Source: Lama guanicoe (Eukaryota). Taken from it: a DNA stretch of 64,000 nt. The translations under genes and the position numbers were made by a program. Below the pieces are notes generated by a model. The model saw only the letters and a list, made by a program, of their open reading frames with translations, made no database searches and had not been told where the DNA came from. Positions 1 through 12,198 of the stretch are shown here, piece after piece. The stretch is from contig MU056029.1 in the NCBI GenBank assembly GCA_013239625.1, forward strand, positions 744,001-808,000, written 5' to 3'. How positions within the stretch are numbered: the first letter of the stretch is position 1; each line of letters opens with the position of its first letter.

Positions 1-311
1 GAGGGTCCATCCCTGTGAAGTGTGTTCTGCTCAGGCCAGGTCCTAGTTTGTTACACCCCTTTGGACACTGTCTACACTGCAGTCCAACCTGCAGCCTCCA
101 CTTCACCTGCCTGACCCAGCTCCCACCTTCTCTCTGCTTACGGGTCTTCGTAACTGTTACATGAACATGCTTCTAACAGGGTGCTCAAATGCACATTTCC
201 TCCAGGCTTCAAGATACAGGTGAAGTGTGATGGCAGAGTGACATGCCAGACCACCTCGTGCAAAACCTGCAAAAGAAAAATCTCCTTACAGGTTTCACAC
301 TCTCATCCCTT

Positions 312-359
312 TGAGAGAGAGAAAGACAGAGAGAGACAGAGAGAGACAGAGAGAGAGAG
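312..359. repeat. (GA)n/(GACA) microsatellite
   Basis: gagagagagaaagacagagagagacagagagagacagagagagagag seen directly. Confidence 0.95.
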
Positions 360-1589
360 CAGGGGACCAGTGGGGTGACCCTCCTGACATGAGCAGGGCT
401 GCCACGCGGTGGACCCCACCCCGTACCACACACCTGGGGAGAGAACTACTTTCTGCTGCAGAGCTACGGAGAGGACGTGTAAGATCTCTCTGGAAGTCTG
501 GGGTTGGGAGACACCACTAGCTGGGTCTGATGCTCCAGGCGCCCTAGAGGCAGAGGCAGGAGGGTGGGCAGCTGTGGTCCACCCACCATGGTCCACTCTG
601 TTGGGGGCAGGATGCAGATATGTCTCCTGGACGAGAGAGGGAGCAGGAGGTGCTGCGGGGACGGCTGGGAGTGGGGAGGGCAGAGAGGGAGGAAGGGCAG
701 GGATGGAGAAGCACAATCCCCTAATGCAACCCCATGACTGCTGGAGAAATTGCAATTAAAGAGGTCCTTGGGCAGGGGGATCTTTTAGGAAAAAAACCCT
801 GGAAGAAAAGTGTTGGATTCCATCATTTGTGGGTCTGCCTACCTGCCTGGCCAGCTGGTCGCTTCCTGGTCTACCTGACTGAAGTGACTTTCTCCTTCTC
901 ATAGCTGTCTCCTGGGCCAAGAAATACATTTATTCGAAACCACAATCAGTCTGAAATTAAACAGAAGAGACTGGTCACCAAAAAGAAGGGGAAAGTGTGG
1001 AAAGAAGCCCAATTCCTCCAACTGCCGGCGCTGCCTCGCATCCCATGTCCCCTGGCAGGACCGCTCACAGCTGGGTGTGGGGGTAGGGGGTCCTGCCTGC
1101 TGAGGCTTCAGCTGCAGGTAGAATGCCTTGCACTGGGTTCCTAGCTGACGAACTGCCTGGGATGTACAGTGAAGTCAAGGTCTGCCCAGCTTCTCGGGAG
1201 ACTTGGAAAGGAGCGACCTCCACTGGACAAATAGAGACAGTGGCTGCCTCGTCTGCCATCACTGCCTCTCACATTTCAGGGACGCGTGGCCACCGCCTCA
1301 GCGCCAGCCCCTTAGGAAGCTATCTCCTCATTGCAAAGCTTTGCTTCATTGCTTTTCACGCCAAAGAGCTTTCACGCTATATGTTTTGTTTTGTTTTGTT
1401 TTGCACTCCTTGCACCTACATCAGGGTGCATGTCTTATTTCCCCTCTACCTCACCCTCATCTAGACAGAGACTGGAGCACTGACCCACAGGAACAGCGTC
1501 AGGTAGCATTTATTCTGCATTCACCCTGCACCAGGTACCATGCAAACCACTCTCCCAACCCCCGCCACCCATTGCTGGATTCCTGAAAC

Positions 1590-1690
1590 CTCTCAGGTCA
1601 GCTTATACTGGGGCCATTTTACAGATGAGAAGGCGGAGGCGGACAGAGGTTAATAACCCCAGGAGGTAGCACAGCTGAGATTCCAATGAA
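1590..1690 (-). mobile_element. MIR SINE fragment
   Basis: ccattttacagatgagaaggcggaggcggacagaggttaataac matches the reverse complement of the MIR core. Confidence 0.75.
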
Positions 1691-2039
1691 TGTTCTGCTC
1701 ATTGGAGCACCTGGCACATTGTTGGGCTCCACATGAGGATTTGTTGAGTGAGTAAATGTCTGGTTCTCAATCTACAGCATTTAAGTGCATGTGCAGAAGT
1801 CTCTTCAAACAGTGAAAGTTTGCATCCTTTTTGAAAATAAGCACCCATTTAAATGTATTTCTGAGCCCTATCATTTTATCAGGAATAAACTAAATTAAGG
1901 TTATTTGCTACCCCACTTTCAAAACCAGTTTTAATTTCTGTAAAATGTTAGTTTGAGGTTGACAGTATGGTTCTGTGCTAAAGAATTTTCTAGCCATCAC
2001 TGACAAGATGGATTAAATATTGCCTTTCAAATTCTAATA

Positions 2040-2185
2040 TGCAGGGGGAAAAAAGTCCTCTGGGAATCTTGTAGGTTCTGACTCAGGGAGTCAGGGTTGG
2101 GGCCTGAAATTTGGCTTTTCCTGCAAGGTCGCAGGTGATGCCAGGTGGCTAATCTGAGGGACGTGCTTTGAGAAGCAAGAGATTA
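2040..2185. mobile_element. MER5-like hAT-Charlie MITE
   Basis: ttctgactcag...ggggcctgaaatttggc...caggtgatgcc...ctttgagaagc resembles MER5A. Confidence 0.7.
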
Positions 2186-2287
2186 AACTCAACCTAGAGT
2201 TTGACTCATTTATTTATGGAAATAAGATATAAGTTACATGATCCTTCCCTCCAAGGGAGGAGGGCTGTCTAGTCCTAGACAAAGGAC

Positions 2288-2720
2288 TGTTGTGGGTGGA
2301 GTGGGGTCCCCCAAGAATTCATCTGTTGAAGCCTTAACCCCTCCCCACCCAGGACCTCAGAATGTGGCCTAATTTGGGAAACGGTCATCACAGATGTCAT
2401 CAGTTAAGATCAATTATTTGCTAAGGTCAAACTGGAGTAGGGTGGTGGGGGGCCCTACTATGACTACTGGCGTCCTACTGGACACAGAGACCGATGTGCA
2501 TACGGGGAGGATGAGGGGGAAGGCCAGGAGCAGGTGATGCTTCTACAAACCAAGGGAAACCCAGGATGGCAAACAAACCATCACAGCTGGGAGGCCAGTC
2601 GGCCACGACCAGATCCTCCCTGAGGACCCTCGGAAGGAACCAGCCCTGGCCTCCAGACTTCCGGCCTCCAGAGTGGTCCTCTGTGGTCCTTTGATACAAC
2701 AACCCTAGGAAATTCATCCA
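2288..2720 (+). mobile_element. MLT1 (ERVL-MaLR) solo LTR
   Basis: Starts TGTTGTGGG; contains acctcagaatgtggcctaatttgg and ggaaggaaccagccctggcctccagacttccggcctccaga, typical of MLT1. Confidence 0.85.
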
Positions 2721-3069
2721 AGGAAGACGCATCTTCACACTACAACGTTGAGAAATGAAAAGGAGAACTGGGGCCTCCTTGCCTCACTTCATTAATTAGA
2801 AGCTTAGTGTAAGGAGTAGGGGCATGTGTGTCTTTTAAATGGCAGGTCCCTATTTCTTGATTAATACTGGCCTCAGCACATCTGCTTTGAATTAACGTAA
2901 GTTGGATCTGCTCCCTTACAGCCCTGTCACCATCATTTCTGCACCTGCAGTGCTGCCTTCTCTTCTCTCACCTGCACATTCCTTTACCTGCACCTTTTCT
3001 CACCTACCCCGTGTGGTTTACCCCCTCCTGTGTTCATCAGAGTCCCTGGGCTGTTTCATCTCCTCTGAC

Positions 3070-3643
3070 TGGTACATTTCTGAAGACAATCCCCAAGACT
3101 CTGTTTCCTGGTTATTCTAGATGTTAATCTAGGGGCTGCTGGGAAGGGATTTTCTAGATGTGATTATTACCTGAAGATGGTTGACCTTAAAGTTGATAAG
3201 GATGCTACGTGATGGGCTTGATCCAATCATGCAGGCAAGCTTTTTAAAAGGCAGAGAGTTTTCTCGAGCTGGGTGCAGGAGAGGAAGTCAGCTTCCAAGC
3301 TTGAGAAGGATCTGACAATTCGGAGGGCAGTACATGTATCAGAGGGGCAGCCCCCAGCAGCTGAGAGCTGACAGCCCAAAAGGAAATGGGGACCTCAGTC
3401 CTGCAGCCACAAGGAGCCAAATTCTGCCACCAACTTGGTTGAGTTGAGAAGCAGATTCTCCCCAGTTTCCAGATAAGACCCTGCCCAGACACCACCTTCA
3501 TTTAGATTTGTGAGACCCAGAGCAGAGAACCCAGATGAGCCCTCTTCTACTTCTGCCCTCGATAACTCTGAGACAATGAATGGTGTCATTGTAAGTTGCT
3601 AGATGTGTGGTAATTTGTTACGCAGCAGTAGATAACTAATACA
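3070..3643 (+). mobile_element. MLT1 (ERVL-MaLR) solo LTR
   Basis: ggacctcagtcctgcagccacaaggagccaaattctgccacc; ends ggtaatttgttacgcagcagtagataactaataca, the canonical MLT1 3' end. Confidence 0.9.
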
Positions 3644-4604
3644 TTCTGAGGGTTTCCTCCTAGCTCCCCCAGCCCCACACACGTGCAAAGCTCTGAGCCC
3701 CAGGCAGGACCCTATGTATGGCTGGTGGAGGTGCTCTGTAGTCCCGTGTTCTGCTCGTGCCCTGAGAACTAGGTTGCTATGGTTTTTCTGAGTTTGCTGT
3801 TGAAAAGCTACCACAGAGCCAGACACCCATGGTGCTTCCTGCCACAGGATCTCCTATCCACTGGAAATAAGTGAGGCCCTATGAATGTCTATAATTTGAA
3901 AATAGCTCAGCTGCAGTCAAATTAAATGATTTTAATAATTAACATCAAGTCCCGGATGTGAAAACAAATCTGTGTGGAAGAAGAATAGTGACAGAAGAAA
4001 ACCACCTTCCTGCTGCTAAAGCCGCAGCTCAGCCGCTGGGTTTCATTTGCCTGTACGTTCCCTCCCGCAGAGCGTTAGTGTGTTGACACAGGCGTCGGTG
4101 CAAAAGGGACTTGCTCAGTCCAGCCTGACCCCGCCTCCCTTCCCTGATCAGGGACAAGGCATGCAAGCCCCCACCTCTGCTGAGAGGCACAGCGTCTGGG
4201 GCTGCAGGTGGCAGCCTGGGGAGGGGGTGTCCCCAGGTCGTGCGTTGCTACCTGCAGACCCGAGGGTGCTCGTCTCCAAGTCCTGTGCATCCGCTCCAGC
4301 TGGCTGCAAGCACTGGGCTCCGTGCCCCGCCTTCCCTCACACCCTCCCTTCTTTCTCACTCCACTGGCCCTCACCTTCTAGACTCAGCTAGCTGTCTCTC
4401 TGCAGGGATGCTTCTGAGAACATGGGACGGTCACCAGACTCTACAGTACTTTGATAGCTTACATCTGCTCAGTGGGCTGGGACAGGAAATGGCTCTTGAA
4501 GGACAAGTGTGATGGGGGAGCCAGGGGACAAACACACAGCCACCAGTTGCCGGGACTGACTGACCCTGAGAGGAACGTGTAGCAGGAGCGCCCCCTTGCC
4601 CGGC

Positions 4605-4745
4605 ACTGTCACTGTGAGCAAGTGGGGACTTTACCTCTTCCAACACCAGTTTTCCCACCTTTAACCCCGGAGGAGCACTAATCCCCACTTCACAGGTTTG
4701 TTGCAAGAGTCTGAAAAAGGAACACAAGGAAGTGGGTCTGCATCA
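4605..4745 (+). mobile_element. MIR fragment
   Basis: cagttttcccacctttaac...ccacttcacaggtttgttgcaagagtctgaa, a degenerate MIR core. Confidence 0.55.
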
Positions 4746-4832
4746 TATGATGGGTATATGATAGGACTGGTACTTAAACAAATATCTGCTATTTCAATTA
4801 TTAAACATATCATTTAAAAGTAACGTGACTTC

Positions 4833-5337
4833 TTGCAGCAATACGGATGGATCTGAAGATTGTCATTCTAAGTGAAGTGGTATGGAAAGAGAAAGAAAAA
4901 TGACATATGACATCATTTATATGAAGAATCTAAAATAATAATAATAATAATAATAATAACAACAACAACACAAATGAACTAATTATAATTTTGATTTCTC
5001 CAATACGTGTAAGCACATGACTGTCCTTTATGACTGGATTACCGCATTCTGTTGATTCTTATTTTGTACTTGGCTTTATTCCTTTGATAGCTATGTAAGT
5101 TTAAAAAGCTAAAGATCTAATCTGTTCTTAGAAACAATAATTAGTACATATATGAAAACTAAAACAAATGCTCAGTGTACTGTATATATGTTTTACATGC
5201 AATATAATGTGTATGTGCAGTCAAACTGTAATAATTCTGCATAACTGAAAAAGGGGGGAGAAAAGAACAGACCAGTCTCAATCTAGTGTTGAATATAATA
5301 AAATGCCTCTGCTTCTACTGCAGAAAAAAAAAAAAAA
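4833..5337 (+). mobile_element. TSD-bounded retroposed insertion: L1 3'-region fragment (4833-~4988), then ~340 bp non-L1 sequence, AATAAA and poly(A)
   Basis: Flanking repeats aaaagtaacgtgacttc (4816-4832) and aaaggtaatgtgacttc (5335-5351); TTT|AAAA endonuclease site; AATAAA at 5297-5302; A14 at 5324-5337. Confidence 0.8.
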
Positions 5338-5479
5338 GGTAATGTGACTTCACTTTGTCAATTAAAAAAAATTTCCCTGAACCGCTGTCCCTTTTTGATG
5401 GCATTTTATTTAATTTAGGCTATTTGGGTAGCAGTGAAGTGGGAGGGCCCCTGGGCTCAAACATACTGCTGCCTTTTGC

Positions 5480-5720
5480 TGCTTGTGGGCCCTGGGGAAA
5501 TCCTCTCCCTCGCCGCCTGGCCCTCGCCGCCCCGCCCCCTCCGCGGCGGGTGAGGGGCTTGACCCCGCACAGCCCGGGGGCGCAGCCTTCAGCCCGCAGG
5601 CCGGCTGCCGAAAGCCGGGCTTTCACGTGGGCAGAGGAGGTGCGGCGCCGGGCTGGGTCGCGGCGCATCACGAGGAGCTGACACGCCACAGCGCGGGGCT
5701 TCTGAGCCCGGGACCTTTGG
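5480..5720. promoter_or_regulatory. Small CpG island, candidate promoter or enhancer
   Basis: Very GC- and CpG-dense relative to the window; GC box ccccgcccc at 5530-5538; E-box CACGTG at 5624-5629. Confidence 0.65.
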
Positions 5721-5906
5721 TCTGCTGTTGCTGTTTTGTTTGTATTTACCTTGGCATGGGTCACACGAAGGGAGGCGACAAGTTTACAAAGCGCCAGACA
5801 TTCCAAAAGCAGGAGAGGAGGGGTTTCTTTCCCATTATGAATCTATTCCCTTCTGCACCTTTATTCAAATCAGGGCTTTTAAAAGCATCGCAGAAAAAAA
5901 GAAAAA

Positions 5907-5978
5907 TGGAGGTAGGGGGTTGAACCCAGAACCTCCTGCATGTTAAGCATCTGCTCTACCACTGAGCTATACCACCCC
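5907..5978 (-). mobile_element. tRNA-derived SINE (camelid Vic-1-like), head portion
   Basis: Reverse complement ggggtggtatagctcagtggtagagcagatgcttaacatgcaggaggttctgggttcaaccccc carries A and B boxes. Confidence 0.85.
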
Positions 5979-6039
5979 TGCTTTTGTCAATAAAGTTTTA
6001 TTGGAACATTAAAAAAAAAAAGCAAGAGAGGGTGTGTAA

Positions 6040-7060
6040 CTCCCTGAACTCCTAGAAAGGGTCACTCGGCGGTTTCTCTCCTCCATCAGTACTGAACGGC
6101 TTGCAGTCAAATTTCAGCTCCCACCGTCCACAGAAGTTGCTCTCACAAGTGAGTGGTATTCTCAGCTGCAGAGTCCCAGTCATTTTACAATCTTTATGTG
6201 ACATTTGATCTTTCAACGTTCCCTCTAAGGTCTTCTCCCCTCTCCGCCCTTGAGAGCATCCTGTCTTGTTTCTCTCCCTCCCTCAGTCCCCTTGAGGCCA
6301 CCGTGTGCTGGGAGAGGCTGGTCCTGGCTCTCTGCATTCAGTTTTATTTTCCATAATTTCGCTAGCCGGCTGACGTCACGCTGGTGTTTGAAATGCACTA
6401 TGACGGTGGGGCCAGGGGTATTTATCCCTTGGAAATTGGCAAAAACTGCAACGCAGGGCCTTTCCTCTTCCTTTCCAGTGGAGCTGCTGTTAAACCCTTG
6501 CACTTAGGGGCTCATCTTGCGCTGCCCACGTCTGAAGCACCGGGGTGGGTGATGTCTCCAGCTTCTGGTGTCTTCCACTTCCAGGTTCTCCCATGATTGG
6601 TTTATCCGGCGCTTTTCGTCCGTGTACTTCTGCGTCTGAATGACTCCCATGCCGACCTCACTTTCCTTTCACCTCCAGCCTTACAAAACCAGCAGCCTCT
6701 TGTCCGATTATGCTCTGAGGGCCGAACCTCCAAACCCCGATCACAGATCCCCGTGGGCAAGGCTGCGCGGGCCGGGCTTCCCTGCGGCGGGGGAGTGCGT
6801 CCGCCCCAAGCCCTGTCTCCTAACTTCCACCCCGACTACCATTCCCGCTTCCCCAGGAGCTTTTCAGTCTGGCCACTTCTCTCGTCTCCACTGAAGCTGA
6901 CCTAGTTCAAATCAGCATCGGCGCACACCCACGCCCGCCTCCCCGACTAGCCCTTTGCATCCGCCTTGCCCGCCTCATTATTTCTCCATATGGTAGAAAG
7001 ATGAAATGTTTGACCCTGCAAACCACTGCGCTCCTGTCTGAATCCTTCTGGTGGCTCTCC
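6040..7060 (+). mobile_element. Degenerate L2 LINE fragments
   Basis: Patches such as ttgcagtcaaatttcagctcccaccgtccacagaagttgctctcacaag and ggccacttctctcgtctccactgaagctgacctagttcaaat resemble L2; patchy. Confidence 0.5.
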
Positions 7061-8609
7061 GTGGTCCTCAGGAGGAGAAACTCTCAGCAGATGTACGCGG
7101 CCCCCGCCAGCCCATCTGCATCAGGGCTTCCCTCTCTCCCAGAGGAGTCCCAGGCTCGTGTCTCCCGGGCTGGGCTGCCGTGTCCGCCGGAGCCCGGCCC
7201 TGCGCACCCCTGTCCGCACCGCCTCTGAACACCTGCTCCCCCTTCATCTCAGCCTGGCCGCCTGGGCCGGGGGTCACCTTGGCTTCGTCCCTGACCCACA
7301 GGAATTCCTGGCTCCAAGGCAGCAGGGCCCAGCTCTTCTCTGTTGCGACACTCATCACCTCTTGTTGCTCATCGCCCGTCTGATTTCCGGAAGGTGACAC
7401 TCCTGTTCACATGGTGACAACTCTCCTACCTGCCGCCATGTCTTGCCGCGCCATTCAAGTCCCAGCATCTCAAATCCACTGCTTTCTTCTTTTTTCAGGA
7501 GCGCCTCCTCGGGTCAGACCCTTCCCTATTTCACATCGCACTCATAGCTGCCTTTGTATCTTCAATCACTCTGTCCAGTGGACCATTTTTCACCTGGTTT
7601 CCAAAGTTCTAAAGTGCAAGACTAATTCTGTCATTCCTCTGGTGAGCTTCCCACGATGAACACTGCAGACCCTTGGCACAGCAGAGGATGGCTGGCCGGT
7701 GGCCTGGCACTTGTCCTCCACTCTGCCCCGCGTTGCGTCATAGCACTCAGCACCCTCACGCCAACAGCCCACCTTCGTGGCAGTCTGACAACTCCTTTCC
7801 CAGGTCTTTAGGTGTCATCTCTTCCAGGATGGTGTCACCAGTCCTCAGAGACCGCTTCCTGGTGCCCCCCAGTACCTGGGATACTTCGGGGGACACTTAA
7901 CCTCCCCCTGGGAAAAATTAGTTTGCTGCTTGCTTCCCTGATGGCCTGAAGGCAAGACCCTCCTTTGTGCATCTTATGTCCCCAGCCATGGGCAAGTGAC
8001 AGGTGCAGAGCCAGATGCTCACGGCAAGTTGTTGGGGGACCGCAGTAAATTATCAAAGGAGTTGGGTGCACAGGACTAGTTACTGCTCCTTAAACAAAGC
8101 AAGAAGCTCGTATTTTATCTTTTCAACAGCATCCAACTCTTCAGCCCCATCACGCGATGTCAGTGGTCTCCAGAAACTTCCACAAAACCAGGCTCCCTGA
8201 CGGTAACGAAAGGACACAGGCCCCAGGATTCAGAGTCACCCATGAGAGGTGTAGTTTAAATTAGGCCAGTGTGTGATCACAGCCTCTCCCCTCAGCTCGT
8301 GTCTATGCCTCATTTTCTTACGAAATGTGATTACTAGGTGGAAAAATAAAGTCTTCCTGGTTCCTGGCGGCCGTGAAGCCAAGGTGCTGATTTACTTGCT
8401 GTGTTGATGGCAAACAATTACTCCGTCTAATTTTGTCTCCAGAAAGAGTCTCGGGACACAGAAGCCCAAATTTTCCAGGGTGCCAGCTCATTCTGGGTTC
8501 CCCAACTCAGGCCATCTCCACTCATATAGTTATTTTTTTATTTCCCTCTCATTTCAAACATTATTTGAAGAATGTCCATCCCAGAAGTCTGCGTCTTCTC
8601 ATGACACTT

Positions 8610-9440
8610 GAAAGCATTTTAAAAATTAACTGAAGTGTATACTCCATTCAGATTTCATTAGTTTTTATCTTTTCCTCTTGTGGGCCAGGGTCCCATCCAG
8701 GACCCCACGTTCCACTTTGTCATCATGTCTCTTCAGGCTCCTCTTGGCTGTGACAGATTCTCCTCCTTGTTTCTGAGGACCTTGATTGTTTTGAGGAGTA
8801 CCGGTCAGGCATTTTGTAGAACGTCCTCCAGCTTGGATTCGTCTGTACGTTTCTCATGATTACACTGCGGGCTCCTGGGAGGAAGACCATGGGGTAAGGT
8901 ACCATTGCCACCCCCATCACACTGCGTCAGGGGCACACACAGTCCACGTGACTACTCCCTGCTGAAGTTAACCTCTGAAGTCGGTCAGGTGCCCCCATTG
9001 TAGACTTATTTTTTCCCTCCATCTCACGCTGTGCTCTTTGGAAGGAAGTCACTTTGAAAGGAAGTTTAGGCATAAGGGCTGGGGTGCGGGGAGGATCAGG
9101 GCTGTGCATTCCCTCTTTGAGGGCAGAATAGTGATGTAAACTATTTGGAATTCTTTTGTGTGGAGATTTGTCCATTCTCCCCTACTTATTTATGCATGCA
9201 ATTGTTTATTTATACCTGTATGAAATCATGGATGTTTATTTTATGCTCTGGCTTATAGTCCAGGACAATGTCATTTATCTTGCTGCCCAAATTCTTTGAG
9301 CTTTACCTAGTGTCCCTTTGGCAAACCCATCATTTGATTTGCTGAGATGTTTCAGGATAGTCTTCTATATTCCCTACCCAAACCCTGAAATCGGCGACCT
9401 CTCCCAGTTCCCTTAATTGGAGAATGGTAAAGAGAAAACA
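8610..9440 (-). mobile_element. Old L1 (L1MC/MD-like) 3' end
   Basis: cccatccaggaccccacgtt, ttttgaggagtaccggtcaggcattttgtagaac and aaactatttggaattctt are typical antisense L1MC 3' UTR motifs. Confidence 0.8.
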
Positions 9441-11580
9441 GCGTCTGGGCACTGAGCATGCTTGCTGCTCCTGAGGTAAAGAATTTGCAGGAATGCTGTT
9501 CCTTTCAAAATAGTAAGAATATTCTCCCAAATGCTATTTGTTCTCAATAAACTCAAACTACAAAATCTATACTTGTCACAAGTCTTTCAGAATGTATTCA
9601 GTTTTCCAACATTTCTACTTCTTTAATAAGGTAATTGTCCTCTTGTTTTGCAAACCGTTACAACTCTTCACTTTTCCCAAGCACATACATGCGACTGCAA
9701 AAGTCTCACATTTTTGTTTCACAAGTTTCAGTCTTATCTCTTATTATTTATCACCCAATCTAAAAGAAATTCAGTATCTCCCTTCCAACGTCATCTTAGT
9801 GATTATTTCATTTTCCTGTATTCGAGCGGATTCCAGTCCTGCCCGGACCTTCCTGTCCAGCAGCTGAACTTCAGGGAATCGCTTACATCGGGTGTGAGAT
9901 GTGCTGTGACTCCGCACACAGGTAAGGTAATGCGTTCTGGGTTGTTTCCAGTCCTTCCCGGTGAATCACCACACTTGGCTGACCTTTCTGGTAGGAGCTG
10001 CAGCACATTTAAGTAATGTCTTCAGTAAATGGTCTTTAGTGAATTTCAGGTCCATTTACAAGGGTCCTCGCTGAAAGTTCAGAGCTCAGAATCTTACGGA
10101 AATAGCTTGATCTTCTTTATCCTGGATGTGTATTTTGCTCTTGCTCACATTAGACTCCATCTGCCACTTCCTTGCAGCCTTGCTAGGCTAAACTGCTTTC
10201 AAGATGGAATTTAATCACTGGCTATACCTCAAATGACGCTATGTGAGCTGTATCAGAAATAGACCTGCTTGATAGGAGATTTTGCTCTTTCTAAATTAGA
10301 GAATCACTTTCTACTTGTACATTTAGCTAGGGGTGAGGGTTGAAAAACCATGAGACTGCAAGCATACTTCAGTTCTTAAGCTCTTGATGATAGCACAAAA
10401 TGCTGAATGCACCAGCAGTTTTTCAGAATGGATTTCTGGCATATTCTGGTGCCTTTTATGCAGCGTGCATGAGGCCAATGGGTAGGAGAAAGTTGCAGAA
10501 AAGAAAGATGCCAACTTCACCCATTTAGTAGAGTTTATATTCAACACTGGGGAGGACTGACCCAGAGATGTCTCATAGTTCTCCTGTGGTTTTAAGTCAA
10601 GAGATTAATTCAGCGAGCACTAGTTGAGTAGCTACTCTATTCCTCCCGCATCCCGGGGTTGGGAAGAACACTGAGTTGAGGGAGCCGCCCTCCTCTCCCC
10701 AGCACTGGCCCCTGGTGCTTGTCCTTGTGCATCCTCAGGGCAGAGGGCTGGCTGGAGAATCTTCACCTGATTTGGACATCTGCTCTGAGTAAACCAAAGG
10801 GTCTGAATTTATCCAGCCTGACTACATCTCGAGTGAATAAATCTCAAATTTCTTATCTGCCGCCTTGAATACCACTACCATTTCTGTTGGAAGTATTGAC
10901 TTATTTATTATGACTTTTCACTTTCACTGTCAGTTACCACTAGTCTTGCTTTCTCATTGAAATATACCCCACATGTCATCATTAACCACACATTCAAAAG
11001 TGCCATCTCTGTTGGGCGTGAGCCTGCTGAGGTGATATTTTAAATCCTTAAATTTCATGCCAGACACGACAGCCTCGAAGGGAAGCAAGTGATTACCATG
11101 GCATTCAAAATAGAACTCTGAATGCCATGAGCAGAATGTCACCGCTCGCAGCCAGAGCTGAAAGCAGTTTGAATAGAGCACATTTTTAATCATGATTTAG
11201 GAATGTGAAATATAACTACATTTTTAATTGTTAAATTAATGCTTATATATTCAGGCATCAAATAAAAAAAAACCACACCTTAATTCTCAGTCCTTCTAGA
11301 GAAGGTTCTAACAAGTTGGAGATGCGCTGGGTCTGTACTGCGTGTTAATCCTTGGACCACTGGGCTTACTTCTTCTCTGCCCAGTGAGATTGGATGCCTC
11401 TGCTTGGAAAGTGAGCTCAGACAGTGCTGGCAGGAGTCAAGTCTAGTTCAGAGAACCTCACCACGTATCAAGTTAGGATCCAGGAACGTGCTAGTCCTGA
11501 CTTGGCCGTGACAGGTGGGGCTTCTTCCCACGCTCTGGCTCCCAGCCCAGGGCGGGGTTCTAGGGTGCTGCAGGCGCCCA

Positions 11581-12194
11581 GTATCTTTTTTATCTATTCA
11601 TTTGTCAATGGATACTTGTTTCCATGTCTTGGCTGTTGTAAACTGCCTGCAATGACCATGGGAGTGCAGATACCTTCTCAAATGAGTGTTTTAGTTTCCT
11701 TTGGATATATTCCCAGAAGTGGAATTGCTGGACCATATGGTAGTCCTATTTTTAGTTTTTTGAAGATCCACCATACTGTTTCCACAGTGGCTGCACCAAT
11801 TTACATTCCCACCAACAGTGCACAAGGGTTCCTGTTTCCTCACATTTTTGCCAGTATTTATTTTCTGTCTTTTTGGTAATAATCATTCTATTAGATATGA
11901 GGTGATATCTCACTGTGGCTTTATTTTGCATTTCCCTTATGACTAGTGGTGCTGAGCATCTTTTCATGTACTTGTTGGCCTTTTGTGTTTCTTCTTTGGA
12001 GAAATGTCTATTCATGTCTTTTGTCCATTTTTTAATTGGGTTATTTGTTTTGTTTTTGTTTTTGTTTTTGTTTTTGTTTTCTTTGTTTTGCTATTGAGTT
12101 GTATGGGTTCTCTATAACTTTTGGATTAACCCCTTATCAGATATATGGCTTGCATATTTTTTCCCATTATAGGTCATCTTTTCACTTTGTTGAT
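11581..12194 (-). mobile_element. L1 ORF2 C-terminal segment (3' arm of an inverted L1)
   Basis: ORF 11752..12015 ([21 protein letters not shown]...HCWWECKLVQPLWK) is the L1 ORF2 cysteine-rich C-terminus. Confidence 0.95.
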
Positions 12195-12198
12195 CATA

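Noticed and set aside
181..1586. Overlapping 65-150 aa ORFs
   Set aside because: GC-rich, partly microsatellite-derived, open on both strands, with no recognisable domain
5355..5946. ORFs across the CpG island
   Set aside because: Stop-codon depletion explained by high GC; low-complexity Arg/Pro/Ala products that run into a SINE
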